DNA of 64,000 bases from Promethearchaeota archaeon (GTDB taxonomy: Archaea; Asgardarchaeota; Hermodarchaeia; Hermodarchaeales; Hermodarchaeaceae), in the NCBI GenBank assembly GCA_048938385.1, contig JBHLMG010000007.1, forward strand, positions 38,947 to 102,946. Reading direction: 5' to 3'. Within the stretch, counting starts at the first letter, position 1; every line of letters begins with the position of its first letter. This document shows, piece after piece, positions 29,155-37,522 of this stretch. The translations under genes and the position numbers were made by a program. Under the pieces are notes generated by a model. The model saw only the letters and a program-made list of their open reading frames with translations. It made no database searches and was not told where the DNA came from.

Positions 29155-30105
29155 ATGAATACAACCCGGCTAGCCCGCGTTGCACGAGAAGCATTACTGC
29201 TCATCCGAAAATTCATGGGCCAAGGTGATTACCACCGCGCTTCAGAAGCCGCACTTAAAGCCGCGGAAGCCTTCAGTGAACTCGCAAAACACTCATCAGG
29301 TCAAGCCCATAAAATCGCCTATAAACGAGCAAAAATCTTGTTGGAAATCACAAAGGCTCTTCGCAATGAAGAACCCCTCCCACTTGAACTTGTCGATGCC
29401 TTGGACAGTTTTTATCCCGGAGAACCTCAACATTCTCCCCCAATAAGTAAGGAGGCAAACGAACACGATGCTTCCCAGGACGAACCGCCTTCTGAAGGGG
29501 TGTCCAAAGTCCCGATCAATCCCTCCACTACAACTAAAGAAATCGTCGGATTCACACAACATCAACTCCTCAACGGTATCTCCATTGCTTGCACCTTAAC
29601 TGAAATGCTCGACCGGGCTCAACAGAGCATTCGCATCATGGTGCAAAACTTCACCGATGTTCAAACTGTCACCGTAGGTACGGAAAGCTGCGAAGTCAAC
29701 CTCATCGACCGCCTCATCCAAAAGGCTAAAGCTGGAGTTCCAATTCGAATCATCATCCGTGAACCAGAAGCGTTTGGTGCCACAGCTAAACACTTTCAAG
29801 AAGCAGTTGAACGGATCCTCCGAGAATCCCTTGATATTGAGATTCTTGTTTGCGCCCAAATGCACATTAAGGCCATCATTATCGATGCGACGGAAGTGCT
29901 GGAGGGAAGCGCAAATTTCACTGCAAAAGGACTTTCAGGAATCGGTGAACAAGCTAGTTGGACGAACAATCCTGAATTTGTTTCCCAATATGTAACCCGT
30001 TTCGATCATTACTGGATACACCAAAGCTCGGATTGCACTGGTTGTAAGACGAGAACATGTGAGGTCCATCCTTTAACACGGCGTAACCCACAAATATCAT
30101 CCTAA
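29155..30105 (+). CDS. MIT-like domain plus phospholipase D/nuclease (single HKD) protein
   Basis: N-terminal three-helix bundle, linker, HIKAIIID...GSANFT, C-terminal CTGC..TCEVH. Confidence 0.8.
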   Translation: MNTTRLARVAREALLLIRKFMGQGDYHRASEAALKAAEAFSELAKHSSGQAHKIAYKRAKILLEITKALRNEEPLPLELVDALDSFYPGEPQHSPPISKEANEHDASQDEPPSEGVSKVPINPSTTTKEIVGFTQHQLLNGISIACTLTEMLDRAQQSIRIMVQNFTDVQTVTVGTESCEVNLIDRLIQKAKAGVPIRIIIREPEAFGATAKHFQEAVERILRESLDIEILVCAQMHIKAIIIDATEVLEGSANFTAKGLSGIGEQASWTNNPEFVSQYVTRFDHYWIHQSSDCTGCKTRTCEVHPLTRRNPQISS

Positions 30106-30395
30106 CTCCGTTCTTTTTGAAAGGATTATTCGGGAGCATTTCTCGAACAGTGAATTTTTTCTAGGTCCAAAACTTTCTTGTAAGCAAAATCCATCAGTTT
30201 ACAGGACTTTTAGGGTGTTTTTTCACCCGTTCCTGCCTGTTTTCCATTTATTCACAAGTTAAAGGATTGATACACCTTCTTTTGAAGAATTAAGCCCTCA
30301 AAATCATTTATTCGTGCCTCTTCGTGGGCTTTAAATAGCCACCAAGGACTCTCCACATCTTCCAAGGGCATCCGCTAAGTTAGGGGGCGATTAGC

Positions 30396-32159
30396 TTGGC
30401 GACAACGGTGCGTCCACAAACTCCGCAAGAGAAAAAACCTAGCGCAAATCAACGCCGGCATTTCCGCCAATTAGTCAAAAACCGCCTGAATGCCATTCAG
30501 GACCAGATTACTCAGCTAACGAACCGTCAACCGCCCCTACCCACTCAAATTAAATTCTTCAGCGATCGTACTCTTTCCAATCCCACCTTTTGCGGAACCT
30601 ATTCCGAAAGTACTCTTCAACTAGCATTCCAGGTCTTCGATCGACCTTTGCTCCTTGAAGCAGTGCTATATCGTGAGTTATACTCATCCTTACTGCCCTC
30701 AGTAGTTCGAGCTGTTCCTGAAAGCGGAGATCTTGGCCTTCTCTGCGCCTACCAGTTCCTACCTGAAGCCGATCAAACTCAGTTCCTCAAAATCTGGCAA
30801 GTAGTCTCCCCACGACAATTCTATGGTGATATCGTCTATAACGCACCTTTTTCCTTTCCCCTCTTCAATAGCGTCACTCAGGGAACATTCCTCAAACGAG
30901 TGTTACCTTACCTTGATGAACTTGAACCCGCCTTCACTCCCCTCACCTCTCGTGAATACATCGAGTTGATTGAAACATTCATGATGAATTACGCTTCCCC
31001 TCTCAATGAACAGGAGCTCCGAGTATTACATCTCATTCAAGAAAATCCAACAGCGACCCTTCAAGAGCTCCATAAGGACTCAGATTTGTCTATTGGAAGC
31101 CTAAGCAAATATATTGCGAACTTTCGTGAAAAACTGCTCTTCTCTCGTTTTTACCGTATTGATGTGCCCAGAATCCGCATCAATCACATAGCAGTCCTTG
31201 CTTATCCAGCGCCAGGAGCTCGGGTAGATCGATACCTGGAACAATGTCCTTACCTGCGGAAGATCCACCGATTCGGAGGAGCTGGTGCACCCTATCTGTT
31301 AAGTTACCTGCTTCCACGACTCCGCTTTCGACGACTGCAAGAATGGCTGCAGGAACTTGTAGGATTGGGACATCTGCTTCGATACCGCTATTATCCGCTC
31401 AGTGGTGTGTTTAACGGCTACAATCTCCGAAGCTATCTAGCCTTTGATGAGACGGTTCCTATTGCTGAACGTTTTCGTTGGGTAGCCTGGATTCGCTACC
31501 TTCGTGATGTCCTTATCCGCGAAGGATATGGTGAGGTTCTTGCACAACCCTTTGTGTATGAGTACAGCAATCCAAATATTGAAGCCGCGAATCTAGACGC
31601 CCTAGATTTCCAGTTATTAGCCTACCTAACGCCTGATATCTCAGCGGAAAATCTAGCTCAGAAATTGGGTGAATCTATCCACACTATTCGTAGGCGGACG
31701 AAGGAACTCTTCAACCAAAAAATCATCTTCGAACGCCCTGACCTGAGTATGTTTCATCTGGGGTTAAACGAGACAATTTTTATCATACTAGAAGGTAGCG
31801 AGGAGACGGTGCGTAATTTTCTAGCTGGATGTCGTGAGGCGCCTATGTATGGTGGCTCAGTTTTTCAACACCCCACACCAGGATGTATTGTCGCCTTCGG
31901 CCTTCCGACAGGGCTAGCCTTGAAAGTGGGTCGTGAGCTTGAGCGATTATTCCTAGAACAAAATGAGTTTGACGCCGCTGTGTTCTATGGTAATGGCTCT
32001 CAGGACTTTTTGGTCTATCCCGTCCTACGACGCTGTCACTTTGATATTAAACTCAAAAGTTGGCAGTGGCACCGCGAATACTTCCCCACAGCCTTTGATT
32101 ATGTGGAACGACAACACCGTGAGCTTCAGGGATCTAAGAGTACGACCTTTTCACGCTAA
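30396..32159 (+). CDS. Large putative transcriptional regulator with two HTH/Lrp-like modules
   Basis: LNEQELRVL...NPTATLQEL and LDALDFQLL...LAQKLGESIHTIRRR, each followed by ferredoxin-like beta/alpha segments. Confidence 0.65.
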   Translation: MATTVRPQTPQEKKPSANQRRHFRQLVKNRLNAIQDQITQLTNRQPPLPTQIKFFSDRTLSNPTFCGTYSESTLQLAFQVFDRPLLLEAVLYRELYSSLLPSVVRAVPESGDLGLLCAYQFLPEADQTQFLKIWQVVSPRQFYGDIVYNAPFSFPLFNSVTQGTFLKRVLPYLDELEPAFTPLTSREYIELIETFMMNYASPLNEQELRVLHLIQENPTATLQELHKDSDLSIGSLSKYIANFREKLLFSRFYRIDVPRIRINHIAVLAYPAPGARVDRYLEQCPYLRKIHRFGGAGAPYLLSYLLPRLRFRRLQEWLQELVGLGHLLRYRYYPLSGVFNGYNLRSYLAFDETVPIAERFRWVAWIRYLRDVLIREGYGEVLAQPFVYEYSNPNIEAANLDALDFQLLAYLTPDISAENLAQKLGESIHTIRRRTKELFNQKIIFERPDLSMFHLGLNETIFIILEGSEETVRNFLAGCREAPMYGGSVFQHPTPGCIVAFGLPTGLALKVGRELERLFLEQNEFDAAVFYGNGSQDFLVYPVLRRCHFDIKLKSWQWHREYFPTAFDYVERQHRELQGSKSTTFSR

Positions 32160-32180
32160 TGTATATTTAGGAGGCAAAAT

Positions 32181-32513
32181 ATGGACGAACAGAACCCCCT
32201 CAAAGCCCCGCTCACAAAATTAGGACAAGAAAAACTCTTCCAGACCCAAAGAAGCCGGGGCCCAGGTCGAGGTATTGGTGAAAAACGAATTTCAAAAGAA
32301 CGGGTCGAACGATTAGATACCATCTTTCTCGCACTACAAGACATCCACGATTATCTGTCCGAACATGGACACATGATTATCAATGAAAGTGGTTCCATGT
32401 TAACCTCACAATCTCATCAGAACCTCGACCAGCTCCTTGTGCTGCTCGAAGACTTTCTCTGGATCCTAAATTGCGCTATTGCAAAAAATGGTGGCAACCC
32501 AAAAATCGTCTAA
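32181..32513 (+). CDS. Hypothetical protein
   Basis: 110-aa ORF preceded by AGGAGG. Confidence 0.65.
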   Translation: MDEQNPLKAPLTKLGQEKLFQTQRSRGPGRGIGEKRISKERVERLDTIFLALQDIHDYLSEHGHMIINESGSMLTSQSHQNLDQLLVLLEDFLWILNCAIAKNGGNPKIV

Positions 32514-33250
32514 AACAACCTTGTTTGACGACTTGCACTAGGATGAATAATGCGCAGCTGATCTAGCTGTTCTTCGAACCCGAGAAGAAAGCTATTTAGG
32601 TTCACAGCAGGGACAACGGGAATTCCTTCATGGAATTGAAGGTCCTCTAGTAACATAGTCACTAAAACCGGAAGTAACAATGGGTCTTGCCAATCCAAAA
32701 TACCAAGGTCTGCTTGAAATTGGGCTAAATGATTTGCGAGGGCATGCGTTCGGATGACCTGCTTTTCACTTGCCGTACGCAAGGTTGAAGCTTTACCCAG
32801 ACGGACTCCGAATTGCTTACAATCAATGCACAACAAGAAGGGGTTCCGCCCTGCAACGATGTCAATCTCATACCGCCTTGAAAGAGAAAAACGAAACCGG
32901 TGTTTGACCTGAAACTCATGAAAGGTCAAGACATGGGCAACAAACTCTTCAAATTCCTGCCATGTCAAAGAATTCAAGATAGGACGGGTTGCTTCACCGA
33001 GTTGAAGTGCACGAATTGCAACTTGCACTTTGGCAAAACCGCAAAAGCTCCACTCATAATCAACGCCGGGTTCTAACAAGTTTGCAGATTCCAACGATTC
33101 TAAAAACTGGGTCTGTTGAACGGATTTAGGGAGCTGTGAGCTATCAAATTTTGATTTTCCCTGAGTAGCGTTCAACAAGTGACGGAGTAACGGCCCGTCT
33201 TGGAACACCACAAGCTTCTGCTCGTCCGCGTATAGCCAATCCAGGCACAA
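32510..33250 (-). CDS. Mrr-like PD-(D/E)XK endonuclease
   Basis: LTWQEFEEFV, EIDIVA, IDCKQ. Confidence 0.82.
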   Translation of the reverse strand: MCLDWLYADEQKLVVFQDGPLLRHLLNATQGKSKFDSSQLPKSVQQTQFLESLESANLLEPGVDYEWSFCGFAKVQVAIRALQLGEATRPILNSLTWQEFEEFVAHVLTFHEFQVKHRFRFSLSRRYEIDIVAGRNPFLLCIDCKQFGVRLGKASTLRTASEKQVIRTHALANHLAQFQADLGILDWQDPLLLPVLVTMLLEDLQFHEGIPVVPAVNLNSFLLGFEEQLDQLRIIHPSASRQTRLF

Positions 33251-33296
33251 TCACCTCAATCTTACCTGATTCCTCTGGAGTATTCAAGGTAGAGTC

Positions 33297-33683
33297 TTAG
33301 CTCTCCAGTTCCTGAAGTATGGCGCTGATTTCTCGAAGCGCGTTATTGACAGCTCGTATAAAGAACCGTGTTTCTCGCGGTATTAACGCCGCAAGGACGA
33401 CTGGTCGTCCATCCTGTAAAAGCGTTGATTTGCACACTAAAGTCCCATCATCGCATCGAATCGTAATGTCTCGAATCGCTCCAAGGGCCAGTTCGTCCTT
33501 GGCCCGATCCGCTGCGTCATGGACAATACTGCCCATGGCTGCCGCGACTTTTTCGTCAACACCTGGTTGTACGGCAGAAGCAATTACAAATCCTTCATCA
33601 TCTGCAATTATGCTAGCTTTTACTCGGCCTGTCTTGTTGAGTTTCTCTAAAGTTCTTGTTAAGGAATCTAGGGGTGACGCCAT
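33297..33683 (-). CDS. Roadblock/LC7 domain protein
   Basis: ASIIADDEGFVIAS...EKVAAAMGS...ELALG..ITIRCDDG. Confidence 0.9.
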   Translation of the reverse strand: MASPLDSLTRTLEKLNKTGRVKASIIADDEGFVIASAVQPGVDEKVAAAMGSIVHDAADRAKDELALGAIRDITIRCDDGTLVCKSTLLQDGRPVVLAALIPRETRFFIRAVNNALREISAILQELES

Positions 33684-33857
33684 TAGCCAGTACCTCCAAA
33701 TATCATATCTCCGCTGTGAGACACTTCATATTTCCCATGACCGCTTATAAATTCATGTTGCGTTCCATTTTCAAAGGAAAAACTTCCCTGTTATCCTACG
33801 CGTAAGCTTATAGAGAACCTCAACTAAGAGACTTCAGTAACTGTTGTGTGAGACATC

Positions 33858-34472
33858 ATGAACCTCAATCTTCGCCTTATGTTGTTAGGTGTTGCTACTG
33901 TGATTTTCACTTTAAGCGCTTTAGTGATCCACTTCAATCGCAACCGGTTTCAATGGTTTTACAAGTTCAATGAAGCCTTTCTCGCACTCTTTGGAGTTCA
34001 TTCCCGGCACGCACCTGAGATTCGCTTCACAACAAGTTGGCTTATCACCACTTGTTTGGCAACCGTGAATTTCGTCCTCCTCGTCAATATCAGCGACGCA
34101 GTGTTCCTCCTAACGGGAATAAGCGGCATCCTCCTCGATCCGACTTTAATTCCTCTTGCTCTTGGAGGAGTCGCTGCATCCATCCTTTTAGTAATCGTCA
34201 CTCTACTCCCTTCCTTAGAGATGCCCGTATCGTGGCCCACGGCTCTAGGAATAGTTGGGTTCCTCCATCTTTTAGGAGTCTATTTCCCCGAAACAATCAT
34301 AGGGCAAGTGAGTACTTTCCTCTTCTTTGCTGCAATAGCTATCGGCTTCGTTGGAGTCTTTCTCGCCCTTTACTTAATAGTTCGCTACTATCTTGGCTCT
34401 ACAATTGCGCATCGATTCGTAAGTGGTTCGAACGAGTCCGGAGAATATGGTGGTGCGAATGAGTCTTCATAA
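33858..34472 (+). CDS. Hypothetical membrane protein (about 5 TM)
   Basis: Hydrophobic 204-aa ORF. Confidence 0.7.
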   Translation: MNLNLRLMLLGVATVIFTLSALVIHFNRNRFQWFYKFNEAFLALFGVHSRHAPEIRFTTSWLITTCLATVNFVLLVNISDAVFLLTGISGILLDPTLIPLALGGVAASILLVIVTLLPSLEMPVSWPTALGIVGFLHLLGVYFPETIIGQVSTFLFFAAIAIGFVGVFLALYLIVRYYLGSTIAHRFVSGSNESGEYGGANESS

Positions 34473-34539
34473 AATAAAAAAAGAAAAGGGCTTTTCTCCC
34501 GAGAGTTGCTTAACGCCAACCTCCTACCGGGAAGCCCTT
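34470..34539 (-). terminator. Long 3' stem-loop plus U tract after the histone gene
   Basis: AAGGGCTT/AAGCCCTT, CCCG/CGGG and GTTG/CAAC stems, followed by TTCTTTTTTTATTTT on the minus strand. Confidence 0.6.
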
Positions 34540-34544
34540 AGAGT

Positions 34545-34718
34545 CTAGAAGTCGTGTTCCATGATCGTCTTACGCTTGTTAGCTTTCGCTCGCGCGCCAG
34601 CTTTCTCAATGAGCATCGAAACCTTCTTGTCTAGAGCCTCATAAGAAGCAGCGGAGACTTGGAAACCATGTTTGTGTGCTTTCTTAGCAACAGCTTTTTT
34701 GGTGATAAAGTCAGCCAA
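34545..34718 (-). CDS. Short histone-fold protein (alpha3-truncated, DUF1931/Bd0055-like), 57 aa, not in ORF track
   Basis: TTG start after GGAG; MADFITKKAVAKKAHKHGFQVSAASYEALDKKVSMLIEKAGARAKANKRKTIMEHDF carries the histone L2 motif A..RA...RKT(I)...D. Confidence 0.88.
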   Translation of the reverse strand: MADFITKKAVAKKAHKHGFQVSAASYEALDKKVSMLIEKAGARAKANKRKTIMEHDF

Positions 34719-34807
34719 TTTTGGTTACTCCAACTCAACTAGACGGCTTCTCCTCCTACTCAAACTAGAGAAGAAACACCGCTAGAGTGGGGTTTGGCGC
34801 CATCAGC

Positions 34808-34820
34808 TATTAAAAGCTTT
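34808..34820 (-). promoter_or_regulatory. BRE/TATA-like promoter of the histone gene
   Basis: AAAGCTTTTAATA on the minus strand, about 23 nt before the start of a 5' hairpin at 34785. Confidence 0.55.
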
Positions 34821-34913
34821 GGGTCGGCGTTGTTTCTGGTTTAAAATATATAGGTCGGTCTTAAAATCTATAATCGCTATTTTAGTCGGAGTTTTTTTTG
34901 CTGAAAGTAATAT

Positions 34914-35492
34914 CTAAAACTTGAATTCAATGCCATTAGCCTCTAACGCTTTTTCTAGCAAATTTTGACGGTGTTCGTGGTTCCGAATCGCCTCTCCCAA
35001 TAAAGGCAGGAGCTCTAAATCTGCACCAGTGAACGATTGATTTAAAGTTTCGAAAGCTGGAATCATATCGGTGCCGACAAGCTGAGCACCCATCGCGGCT
35101 AATAAGTACCCTTTCCGTTCTTCCAATGACTCAGCAGTTTCGCTTTGAGCAAGAAGCCAATAAAAGACGCTCTTGATGAGTTTGAAGGCCCATAAAATCC
35201 CAAAGAACTGCCACTCTTGTTCTCGGTGATCTTTCTTCATTTCCATAAGGCTTCGAAGGATGCCAGCAACTTCTTTGCGCGCTGAAGCAAATTTTTCTGC
35301 TGCTTTCGAAAATTGTCCCTCTTTTGCTAGCTTGCTGCCATCATTCATTAAATCGAAATATTGCTGAGGAAGCTGTTGTAGTATCTGGTTTCGGATCCAT
35401 TCTTCCAAGAGCTTATTCTGGTTGTGTTCCGATTCTTTTTCGTTCACGGCGTAAGTACCCTCCTTCCTCCGCCAGTTCTTTGATAGCTGCAA
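34914..35492 (-). CDS. Hypothetical alpha-helical (TPR-like) protein (start probably GTG 35447)
   Basis: LAKEGQFSKAAEKFASA; overlaps the end of the longin gene. Confidence 0.65.
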   Translation of the reverse strand: MQLSKNWRRKEGTYAVNEKESEHNQNKLLEEWIRNQILQQLPQQYFDLMNDGSKLAKEGQFSKAAEKFASARKEVAGILRSLMEMKKDHREQEWQFFGILWAFKLIKSVFYWLLAQSETAESLEERKGYLLAAMGAQLVGTDMIPAFETLNQSFTGADLELLPLLGEAIRNHEHRQNLLEKALEANGIEFKF

Positions 35493-36486
35493 AGTCCTCA
35501 GCGGATAAACGGAGGAGTTGAGCAGCTTCGTCCTCTGGAAGTCCTGGAGATTTAGCGAGTAGTCGGGCTACATCGTCGATGCGGTCTCGAATAGTAAGAA
35601 ATGCTGTTTCTGCAACAGATCGGAGTTCTGGACTACTTTCGCCTAGTTCTTTCTCGGCATGGGCCACAGTTTCAGCGATGTTGAAGGATTTGGATTCAAA
35701 CCCAACGGGTAAGACTACATGTTCTTCAATTAGCAGGCAGACATAGGTCAGTCCCATTTTTGACGCGTCAGCAAAGGTGGATTCGTACGCCCGTTGGGGG
35801 AGGCTTAGGATAAATGACATGTTAGGTGGTCGGTCTTGGAGAACTTGCAAAGCGGCTCCAGCATCTTCAAAATACATGACTGGAATCCGGCGGCGTTGCA
35901 TGGTTTGGAGTGCTCGGATTACTGATTGGTTTCGGGATTTTTTCCCCACGGTAAGGATAGGGATTCCCCGTAACAGGCCGTAGAGCAGGATATCTAATCC
36001 TGGACCAAAACGCCGCCAAAGCCGTATAATAGCTGGACGAAGTTCCAGTGGCTCCTTAGGTTTTTCAAAGGTAGGCAGGTAATCATTAACTACTTCACGA
36101 GCAACGGGGTTAAACTCTCGGAAGTGGGCTACCTCCCCTGTCCATCGTTTTAATTCCTTTTGAAACCGATCTAAAAAGAGAGCGTTAAGAGTTTTAAGCA
36201 CTGCCATTATCGAAACATCATCGTCCTCACGATCAGCAAGTGCTACGCTCATCACCGGATCCGCGAAATCCCATACGAACTGGTAATTACCCGTTTCGAT
36301 TGTGGTCACATCATCTGAGAGCAAATCCTGACTAAACATGCGCAATGCAGATAGGAATCCGGAGACGAGTTCAGGGCTTACATTCACTGCGGTGGGACCG
36401 AATCCTACTGAAGTGAGGACCAACCCGCTTTTGTGAAAATGATACAACTGATAGATCATCTGCAAGCCCGTGCCTTTTTTTCTCAA
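35413..36486 (-). CDS. Longin domain plus DENN-like domain protein (start probably ATG 36459)
   Basis: IYQLYHFHKSGLVL...LVSGFLSALRMFS...FLDRF...WTGEV..FREF is longin-like; LDILLYGLLRGIPILTVG resembles the start of a DENN core. Confidence 0.75.
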   Translation of the reverse strand: MRKKGTGLQMIYQLYHFHKSGLVLTSVGFGPTAVNVSPELVSGFLSALRMFSQDLLSDDVTTIETGNYQFVWDFADPVMSVALADREDDDVSIMAVLKTLNALFLDRFQKELKRWTGEVAHFREFNPVAREVVNDYLPTFEKPKEPLELRPAIIRLWRRFGPGLDILLYGLLRGIPILTVGKKSRNQSVIRALQTMQRRRIPVMYFEDAGAALQVLQDRPPNMSFILSLPQRAYESTFADASKMGLTYVCLLIEEHVVLPVGFESKSFNIAETVAHAEKELGESSPELRSVAETAFLTIRDRIDDVARLLAKSPGLPEDEAAQLLRLSAEDFAAIKELAEEGGYLRRERKRIGTQPE

Positions 36487-36578
36487 AGTTGGTATAAATG
36501 GGTTTCCACTTGCTTGAAAAAAATCCCTTTGATTATTGGGGATTCTTAGAACCGGCTAATTCTAGTAATAGACCTGTA

Positions 36579-37454
36579 TTAGTGTTGGCGTCGTAACACG
36601 AAAGTCCGAATGAGTAAAATGATGACAATTATGAGAATCGCTATGGCGGTTCCAACGATTAGTAATATTGGGAGGGGGTTTGGCGGCGGATTGGGTGGTA
36701 TATTCGTTGAAAGAACTTTGTAGTGGTATGTGAGTGATTGCCGGATCGAGCCCACTGAGAGAAGGCGTGTATCATTCGCTTGATAATAGATGCCTACATC
36801 ATGATCAATGATGAATGTGGTTTCGAAGTGTGTGTCAGTAGTAGTGCTACTATTGAAAAGCTGGTAGCAGAGTTCTTCGTTCCCATTAATGAGGAAGGTT
36901 GTATAGTCGACGCTATTCCAGCGACTACCTCCGATGTCGATGTTCGAACCAACATTGATACTAGAGAGGGTGAAATCATCTAGAAAGAAGCCTGGAAACC
37001 CATAGGTGATTGGGAAGTCAATGAGATCATTGTATACTCCCGTTGGAGCCGGAGCGGTAACTGACCCGTTCATCGTTACCATGGTCTGCCAGGAGGTGTT
37101 AGATACCGTGGCGATGTTGCTGTGAATGTTTACGGAGAAGTTGTAGTATGCCCGGAGAACATTACCAATTAGTGCCAAATTAGTCACTCTGATAGTGAGG
37201 TTGACAAATTGCTGCCACCGTAAAGTGTAGTTGCTTTCCGCTAGATTCAGCCCTGTCCAGAAGTGTATGTTCGTTGCAGTTTGGTTGGGCTGAACGCTGA
37301 CAAATCCATAACTATACCTGGTGCTGTGGCCCATGGTGGGTGTATAGGCTAGAATCCTCTGCGGTTGTGTGCTCATCACAGTCCCACTAACGGTTAAAAG
37401 GAGCATAGATACCGTTAGGATGGCTAGGATAGGTCGGGTTCTTCGCATTGGCAC
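36579..37454 (-). CDS. Secreted, C-terminally anchored surface protein (related to 20660-21598)
   Basis: Signal peptide, many N-x-S/T sequons, PPNPPPNP linker, TM plus RRQH. Confidence 0.75.
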   Translation of the reverse strand: MPMRRTRPILAILTVSMLLLTVSGTVMSTQPQRILAYTPTMGHSTRYSYGFVSVQPNQTATNIHFWTGLNLAESNYTLRWQQFVNLTIRVTNLALIGNVLRAYYNFSVNIHSNIATVSNTSWQTMVTMNGSVTAPAPTGVYNDLIDFPITYGFPGFFLDDFTLSSINVGSNIDIGGSRWNSVDYTTFLINGNEELCYQLFNSSTTTDTHFETTFIIDHDVGIYYQANDTRLLSVGSIRQSLTYHYKVLSTNIPPNPPPNPLPILLIVGTAIAILIIVIILLIRTFVLRRQH

Positions 37455-37522
37455 TCCTCATAAAACATTTTAGATTGGATGTTTTAAATTCCTTGTGCTG
37501 CTCTTTGGCTCCTTGTTCTGCT

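Noticed and set aside
29155-33250. Anti-phage defence island (PLD nuclease plus Mrr-like nuclease)
   Set aside because: Opposite strands, with no methylase, helicase or ATPase partners.
34486-34539. SECIS element
   Set aside because: No in-frame TGA in the flanking genes, and the SECIS consensus is not met.
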